A DNA stretch of 64,000 bases from a virus (taxonomy: Duplodnaviria; Caudoviricetes), in the IMG/VR virus record IMGVR_UViG_3300026549_000045, positions 32,001 to 96,000 of that record. One strand, written 5' to 3'. A program made the translations under genes and the position numbers. The notes under the pieces are model-generated. The model searched no databases. It worked only from the letters and a program-made list of their open reading frames with translations, and had not been told where the DNA came from. Below are positions 58,614-64,000 of this stretch, piece after piece; the stretch's first letter is position 1; each line of letters opens with the position of its first letter.

Positions 58614-58649
58614 TGCCCTTGACTTTTCCTGTCTCATTCCTTATCTTTC
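58614..58649 (+). promoter_or_regulatory. Promoter motif copy 5
   Basis: TGCCCTTG-N20-TATCTTTC. Confidence 0.7.
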
Positions 58650-58679
58650 GGCATAGAAACTGATTAAACGAAAACAGAC

Positions 58680-59132
58680 ATGGCAAAATTATCATTCAAC
58701 TATGACGGGCAGAGCTATGTATCTGACGTCTTCTCGGGAGGAAAGGTTGTGCAGCTGACTTTCCCAATAGAGAGAACCAAAGTGCTTTATCTGGAGACGC
58801 GCCTTGGCGTTGGCCTTCCTTGGAATGTCGCCGACAGCCGTATTCTGGAAAAGCAGATGGTGGTCAACGTTCCTGTGGGCGGCAGCGGACAGGAATACCG
58901 TATGAACTGCATCGCAGAGCCTGCATCGGCAGAGATTGTTACCGACCAGTCTGGCAGCGGTGGCGGTGCCGGCGGAGATATCACGCCAGGTGTTCCCATT
59001 CCAGAGAATACGGTGAACAGTGCATCCATTCAGGATCACAGCATCAAAATGGAAGACATCGACCCGGACATCGTGACCACACCCGCCGAAGCGCGTCAGA
59101 TGGTGGCCGACGCCATTGCCGCCAACACATAA
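58680..59132 (+). CDS. Hypothetical virion-associated protein
   Basis: 150 aa, Gly linker, NTVNSASIQDHSI motif. Confidence 0.7.
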   Translation: MAKLSFNYDGQSYVSDVFSGGKVVQLTFPIERTKVLYLETRLGVGLPWNVADSRILEKQMVVNVPVGGSGQEYRMNCIAEPASAEIVTDQSGSGGGAGGDITPGVPIPENTVNSASIQDHSIKMEDIDPDIVTTPAEARQMVADAIAANT

Positions 59133-59198
59133 ACAGAATGAGGATAAAACTCAGATATAGTTCACATTTATTAACCCCTTTAAAAAGTATTTCGCTTT

Positions 59199-59837
59199 AT
59201 GACAAAAGACGAGCTTTTATTGAAGTTGGTTGCCACCGAGTCATTGGAGGCCGCCATCAATGACATCATCGCGTATGTCAAGCAGAACCGTACAGCCATC
59301 GACGCTAACATCAGTACCGTCAACGGCAAAGTAACAACTCTTATCGGCAGCGATACTGCAAAGAGCGTCCGCACCATCGCTAACGAGGAACTGGCTGCAC
59401 AGCTGATTCCTGCTAATGCCAAGGAGGCCCTCGACACCTTGCAGGAGATTGCTGCATGGATCCAGAGCCACCCAGACGATGCCTCTGCCATGAACACGGC
59501 CATCACCAACCTGCAGAACCTCATTGGTACTCTCCCACAGGACACTGAGGAGACCACCGTCGTGGCTTGGGTAACAGCAGAACTGGCCGCCCTCGCTAAT
59601 CAGATCAGTGGCAAGAACGTCTCTGCATCTGGTGAGACCGGCAACGATGCCCTCGTAACGGCTTCTGCCTCTAACAATGCCGTTACCGTTGGTTCTACCA
59701 CAAAGCTGCAGAACGCCGTGGCTGCTGCTGAGTCGGCTGTTCAGCCAGAAGATCTCGGTCTGCTGACCGTATCAGAGGCACAGGCTCTCGTAGCCGCTGC
59801 CATCGCTGATTCTTCCAGCTCGAACTCCAGCAACTAA
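59199..59837 (+). CDS. Fibre-like helical virion protein
   Basis: ALDTLQEIAAWI motif, Ala-rich coil. Confidence 0.7.
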   Translation: MTKDELLLKLVATESLEAAINDIIAYVKQNRTAIDANISTVNGKVTTLIGSDTAKSVRTIANEELAAQLIPANAKEALDTLQEIAAWIQSHPDDASAMNTAITNLQNLIGTLPQDTEETTVVAWVTAELAALANQISGKNVSASGETGNDALVTASASNNAVTVGSTTKLQNAVAAAESAVQPEDLGLLTVSEAQALVAAAIADSSSSNSSN

Positions 59838-59852
59838 TTGCGCTCTCTGTGT

Positions 59853-59902
59853 GCCTGCGGAGGAGTGACGCTCCTCGGGGTGTTTTCTCCGCAGGCTCCT
59901 TT
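59853..59902 (+). terminator. Hairpin / possible terminator or processing site
   Basis: GCCTGCGGAG...CTCCGCAGGC followed by TCCTTT. Confidence 0.5.
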
Positions 59903-59942
59903 ACTGTCAATTCATAAAGCGAAAACAGATTCTGATTAGATT

Positions 59943-60479
59943 ATGGCAAACGATAACAATAGCGTTTTAACACCGATGCAGTGGCTCAAGCAGAACCTGC
60001 AACTGGTGTTGCGCGAGTTCTGGAGCAGCATCACGGCTGTCTTCGCTACCAAACAGCAGGTGACAGAAGGCCTTGCAACAAAAGCACCGCTAAGTGCGGC
60101 CCTCTACCCCGTGGACGTCAACACGCTCACGCCAACGAGCACATTCGTCGCCAATGCCATCATCGGCATCAACGGCGTCATCTACCGCGCTAAGCAGGCC
60201 ACGAGTCACTTTCCCGTGCCACTCGTCATAGACAACAATGCGTTTGTGATTCAGGTCGTCGACGGCAAGATTGTCTTCTCAGTCAGCAGCAACACCATTC
60301 ATCAGGACTGGGAGCAGTGGACTGACGCAGCCATTGAATACTGGAAGGCGCAACTCGACGCCCGCGTGTCGGCGCTGGAGAACAAGACCATCACCTACAA
60401 CAACAAGACGTATACGGTCAACGAACTGCTGACGGCTGTGGCCCAACTCATGGAGCGTACCGTCGTTATCAACGGATAG
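59943..60479 (+). CDS. Hypothetical fibre-associated protein
   Basis: 178 aa. Confidence 0.7.
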   Translation: MANDNNSVLTPMQWLKQNLQLVLREFWSSITAVFATKQQVTEGLATKAPLSAALYPVDVNTLTPTSTFVANAIIGINGVIYRAKQATSHFPVPLVIDNNAFVIQVVDGKIVFSVSSNTIHQDWEQWTDAAIEYWKAQLDARVSALENKTITYNNKTYTVNELLTAVAQLMERTVVING

Positions 60480-60539
60480 TTCCGCACCATCACTAAGTGA
60501 CATCATCATTTTTTTCACAAATAAAGTAATAACAAAAGT

Positions 60540-61424
60540 ATGGAAACAAGTCTTTTTTCACAGTCGCTGAAAAACGCGCAAGCTGCGCTGACGACACAAG
60601 AAAAGGTTTTGAAAACCCAGCAGGTCATGCTCTTCGGACAGGACGGAGCGCCTAACGGCAAGTGTCCCCTCACGACGAAGGCCATTATTGACCTGAAGAC
60701 AGGAAAATCTCTCGAAGACATCCTGGAATACAACAAGCCTTACGTAGACACCGACCTCTACGTGGATATGGGTCTGCCAAGCGGCGTACTCTGGGCTAAA
60801 AAAAACATCGACATCACACAGCAGAACGGCTTTGCCGCATCTGAGTTCCAGTATGAGTGTTCCTTCTGTTCGTGGGGTAATACGGACATGTACAACCCCA
60901 ACGCACAGAACTCGTTCGCTGGCGTGTATAACTGGGGTGGCGTGAACGAAAACGAGCCCTACTACGAGGGCCAGCCCTACGGCTCTACTCCAGGTGCTGC
61001 CCTGGCCGCCGACTTCGGTCCGTCGTTTGACGCAGCACGCCGTCACCTCGGCGCACCCTGGCGCATGCCGTCTACGGAAGAGTACAAAGAACTGTTCGAC
61101 AACTGTGACTTCATAGATGCCGACGGTAACATAGTGTCCGCATCTACCAGTGTGGCTGGTACGGCAGCCGATAAGCGCATCACGATGAACGGCATCGTCG
61201 GTCTTCGCCTTAGAAGCAAGATTAACGGCAACGTTATTTTCTTCCCTGCTTCCGGCAGCGGCTACGGGACGACGTGGGGCTATCGCGGTGCCAGCGGTTA
61301 CTACTGGTCATCGTCTTGGGGCTCTGCCCGCTACGCTCGGAACTTGAACTTCTACTCTGATGGTGTGAACCCGCAGAACTCGCTCAATCGGTACAACGGT
61401 TTTGCGGTTCGTCCGGTCCAGTAA
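60540..61424 (+). CDS. DGR target protein 1 (adjacent), C-type-lectin-fold variable protein
   Basis: VDMGLPSGVLWA...WRMPS...GYYWSSS...GFAVRPVQ; VR ends at the stop codon. Confidence 0.92.
   Translation: METSLFSQSLKNAQAALTTQEKVLKTQQVMLFGQDGAPNGKCPLTTKAIIDLKTGKSLEDILEYNKPYVDTDLYVDMGLPSGVLWAKKNIDITQQNGFAASEFQYECSFCSWGNTDMYNPNAQNSFAGVYNWGGVNENEPYYEGQPYGSTPGAALAADFGPSFDAARRHLGAPWRMPSTEEYKELFDNCDFIDADGNIVSASTSVAGTAADKRITMNGIVGLRLRSKINGNVIFFPASGSGYGTTWGYRGASGYYWSSSWGSARYARNLNFYSDGVNPQNSLNRYNGFAVRPVQ
61236..61421 (+). repeat. DGR variable region VR1
   Basis: 186-bp ungapped match to TR; all 14 differences at TR adenines. Confidence 0.97.
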
Positions 61425-61473
61425 TACTTCTGGCCAGAACCAAACCCACCCTGAAGAGTTCGCGCTCGCGACA

Positions 61474-61510
61474 CTGCTGCACAGCCGCCACCCAGGCGGC
61501 TTAGCAGCAG
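61474..61510 (+). other. GC-rich hairpin downstream of VR1
   Basis: CTGCTGC-AC-AGCCGCC-ACCCA-GGCGGCT-TA-GCAGCAG. Confidence 0.75.
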
Positions 61511-61563
61511 GGGTGCGGGTGAGGACTCGGCAGAGAAATCAACCCAAGTGTTAATATATATAA

Positions 61564-62223
61564 ATGAAACGAGAAATGGCCCAAGAACAAAAGAAAGGAT
61601 TTACCAATCAGGAAATCCAAGCCATCGAAGCCGAAAGACAAGATGTAAAGACTTGGAATGTCATTCACCTGTTGAAAGACGGGAACTACTGGCACGCTAA
61701 CGAGTGGAGTGGCTGGCTCGTGGCCGTGATCATCACGGACGAGATGAAGCGCCGATATCCGCAGGAGGAACGTGTGCCACCGACGCCTGTCAAGAAGTTC
61801 GCCAAGAACATCAACGGAGAGTACATCTTCGTGGGTTTTCAGGAGAAGTCACTTGACAAGTATATTCCGAAGGAATTGCAGATTGACTTTAAGGCTGTTG
61901 ACAACCTTCGCATCGACGTGACTGTTGAACTGTCTGCAGATCTGGGTGAACTCAGCTATGAGCGGCTGTTTGCGATGTATAAGGAATGGAAGGACAATAC
62001 TCCCCTGGCGAAAGAAAAGGGAGAGAAAGGCAACGTAGGCAACAATCCGCCATTCAAGGGTGGCGACGGAACCCTGCCATTCGACAATCCTGCCATCGTG
62101 CCGTCGGTAATGTCTGTCGCCACGCGGATATTGTCATTCCCGCTTCATAAGCGCACACCGATGCAGGCTCACGAGTTTATCGCCGAGCTGCAGCAGGAGA
62201 TGCTTGGGTGTATGAGTAAGTAA
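61564..62223 (+). CDS. DGR accessory protein, MutS-like (MSL)
   Basis: Lies between VR and TR; IHLLKDGNYWHANEWSGWL and YIFVGF resemble MutS domain I; C-terminal TPMQAHEFIAELQ. Confidence 0.65.
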   Translation: MKREMAQEQKKGFTNQEIQAIEAERQDVKTWNVIHLLKDGNYWHANEWSGWLVAVIITDEMKRRYPQEERVPPTPVKKFAKNINGEYIFVGFQEKSLDKYIPKELQIDFKAVDNLRIDVTVELSADLGELSYERLFAMYKEWKDNTPLAKEKGEKGNVGNNPPFKGGDGTLPFDNPAIVPSVMSVATRILSFPLHKRTPMQAHEFIAELQQEMLGCMSK

Positions 62224-62403
62224 ACAAATTGTATAACCTACGGAACAAGAAAAGAGAGCCGATAAAGGATGGTCCAGAAGTATAACATAGGTCACCCGTC
62301 ATGCGTTGCTGAGAGGCCGTGTGAAAAAGCAAAGATACAGCTTGGTCTTGCCTACTGTGGCAACCCCTTGCTGCAGTCGTATAAGGAGGTGACCGAATCT
62401 GCG

Positions 62404-62589
62404 ATTTTCTTCCCTGCTTCCGGCAACGGCAACGGGACGACGTGGAACAATCGCGGTGCCAACGGTAACTACTGGTCATCGTCTTGGAACTCTGCCCGCA
62501 ACGCTCGGAACTTGAACTTCAACTCTGATGGTGTGAACCCGCAGAACACGAACAATCGGTACAACGGTTTTGCGGTTCGTCCGGTCCAG
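62404..62589 (+). repeat. DGR template repeat (TR)
   Basis: 62 codons with 14 AAC + 2 AAT; holds A at every variable position of VR1 and all but one of VR2. Confidence 0.97.
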
Positions 62590-62665
62590 CTATCACTGCG
62601 TCTCTCCTTTGCTCTCTTCTTCTTGTTCTGTCTATTGTGCTGCTGCAAGGCAGCCCCTCTAATCA

Positions 62666-63916
62666 GTGACGCTGAACTATCAGATGTTGCTGCGCGATCT
62701 GTACGTAGCATTTGCAAGTGCTGCAAAGCACAAGGGAAAGATGTCGTATGTGCAACGGTTCATGGAATCAATGAAAACGAACCTGGCATGTATGGCACTG
62801 GTGCTGATACTGCGTGTCTACGTTCCGCTTCCGTCGAAGTGCTTCATCGTATTCAAGCCCAAGCAGAGGGAGGTGTTTGCCGCCCAGTTCCCAGACCGTG
62901 TTGTGCATCACCTGTACTTCAACATGACGCACCTGCTCTACGAGGCCACGTTTATACGCGACTCGTATTCGTGCATACAGGGACGTGGCACACTCGACGG
63001 CATACTGCGACTGTCGCAACACATCCGTCAATGCAGCCTGAACTACACCAGGGAGTGCTATATCCTGAAGCTCGACATACGCGGCTACTTTATGCACATA
63101 GACCGTCGGCGTCTGCTCAGTATCTGCCTGTCTACGCTCGACCGTATGGCGACGCACCGCATCACGAAGGAGGCAGCAGCGCAATATGGGCTGCCGGTGA
63201 ACGACCCGCCACGATGGAAGGACGTGATAGACATGGACTTTGTGAAATGGCTGACGGAGGTGATTGCCCTGCTCGACCCGAAGACCTCTTGCGAGAGAGC
63301 CATGCCTATGTCGGCATGGAACGGGCTCGACGCTGCCAAGTCGCTCTTCTGTACCAAGGAAGGCTGCGGACTGCCGATCGGCAATCTGACATCGCAATTG
63401 TTCAGCAATGTCTACCTGAATGTGCTCGACCAGTTCTGCAAGCGCGTATTGGGCTGTCAGCACTATGGCCGCTATGTGGACGACTTCTACATCGTGAGTT
63501 GCGACCGCAAGTGGCTGCTGTCTCTGGTACCGCGCATCAGGGAGTTCCTGAAGGAGGAGCTTGGTCTGGACCTGCACATGGGAAAGGTAAGGCTGTGCCG
63601 TGCAAGTCATGGAGTGGAGTTTCTGGGAGCCTATATCAAGCCGTACCGCATCTATGTATCGAAAGATACTTTGGAGCGCATACAGCAGAATTTGAAAGAA
63701 CTGGACTTCTCAGACCCGGAAAAGGTGCAGAAGACGGTCAACTCATACCTTGGCATCATGTCGCAGACTGCCAGCTACAATCTTCGCAGGAAGCTGTTCT
63801 TCCGTCCGGAGTTCCTGAGTATTGCGCCCTTCGACAAGAAAATGACCAAGATGGAGAAACCAACGGGCAACCGGCCTCCTGCACGATACAGGCGAAAAAG
63901 GATTAAGACGAAATAA
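62666..63916 (+). CDS. DGR reverse transcriptase
   Basis: PKQREV, DRVVHH, KLDIRGYF, GLPIGNLTSQ, YGRYVDDF, VEFLG; start GTG 62666 or ATG 62684. Confidence 0.96.
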   Translation: MTLNYQMLLRDLYVAFASAAKHKGKMSYVQRFMESMKTNLACMALVLILRVYVPLPSKCFIVFKPKQREVFAAQFPDRVVHHLYFNMTHLLYEATFIRDSYSCIQGRGTLDGILRLSQHIRQCSLNYTRECYILKLDIRGYFMHIDRRRLLSICLSTLDRMATHRITKEAAAQYGLPVNDPPRWKDVIDMDFVKWLTEVIALLDPKTSCERAMPMSAWNGLDAAKSLFCTKEGCGLPIGNLTSQLFSNVYLNVLDQFCKRVLGCQHYGRYVDDFYIVSCDRKWLLSLVPRIREFLKEELGLDLHMGKVRLCRASHGVEFLGAYIKPYRIYVSKDTLERIQQNLKELDFSDPEKVQKTVNSYLGIMSQTASYNLRRKLFFRPEFLSIAPFDKKMTKMEKPTGNRPPARYRRKRIKTK

Positions 63917-63948
63917 ATTATCATTAACATTTTTAAAACAACAGCATT

Positions 63949-64000
63949 ATGAAGAAAATTCAAGGTACATTGAGCGACTTCGCGTACTTCAAGGAAGAAG
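63949..64000 (+). CDS. Partial ORF at window edge
   Basis: MKKIQGTLSDFAYFKEE..., A-rich leader. Confidence 0.55.
   Translation, partial: MKKIQGTLSDFAYFKEE

Larger units (their letters stand above)
1..64000. mobile_element. Segment of a temperate Bacteroidales phage/prophage
   Basis: Repressor/Cro-like switch, primase-helicase, dense small-gene array, holin-like and tail-like genes, DGR; no host housekeeping genes. Confidence 0.9.

Noticed and set aside
61564-62223. Avd annotation
   Set aside because: Length and motifs do not fit the ~120-aa four-helix Avd
62666-63916. Group II intron, retron or Abi RT
   Set aside because: Adjacent TR with A-specific VRs and the GNLTSQ motif indicate a DGR; no intron domain V or retron VTG motif seen
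1-64000. att sites, integrase, capsid, terminase, endolysin
   Set aside because: None recognisable by eye; they probably lie outside the window

Overview
This window is part of a large temperate phage/prophage of a Bacteroidales host (Prevotella-like, inferred from TAnnTTTG promoters and family content). No capsid, terminase, portal or integrase is recognisable, so the genome extends beyond the window. Layout: a divergent XRE-repressor switch (0.7-2.3 kb), a 1154-aa primase-helicase, then a ~36-kb co-oriented early/accessory array (four DNA methyltransferases, three radical SAM enzymes, a Tad2/DUF2829 anti-defence protein, YopX, many small unknowns). Divergent lysis/tail modules follow (42-60 kb), then a complete diversity-generating retroelement (DGR) at 60.5-63.9 kb. 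Main observations: (1) one 186-bp template repeat (TR) matches two variable regions with adenine-specific differences, one in the adjacent tail-module gene and one ~49 kb away in the early region; (2) the DGR accessory gene is MutS-like rather than Avd; (3) a ~440-nt intergenic structured RNA holds two tandem circularly permuted tRNA-like (Y-RNA-like) modules; (4) a radical SAM gene is followed by a His-Cys-repeat peptide (possible phage RiPP); (5) a TGCCCTTG-N20-TAnnTTTG-like promoter motif occurs five times around the late operons. All family assignments are motif recognition by eye, not database hits.
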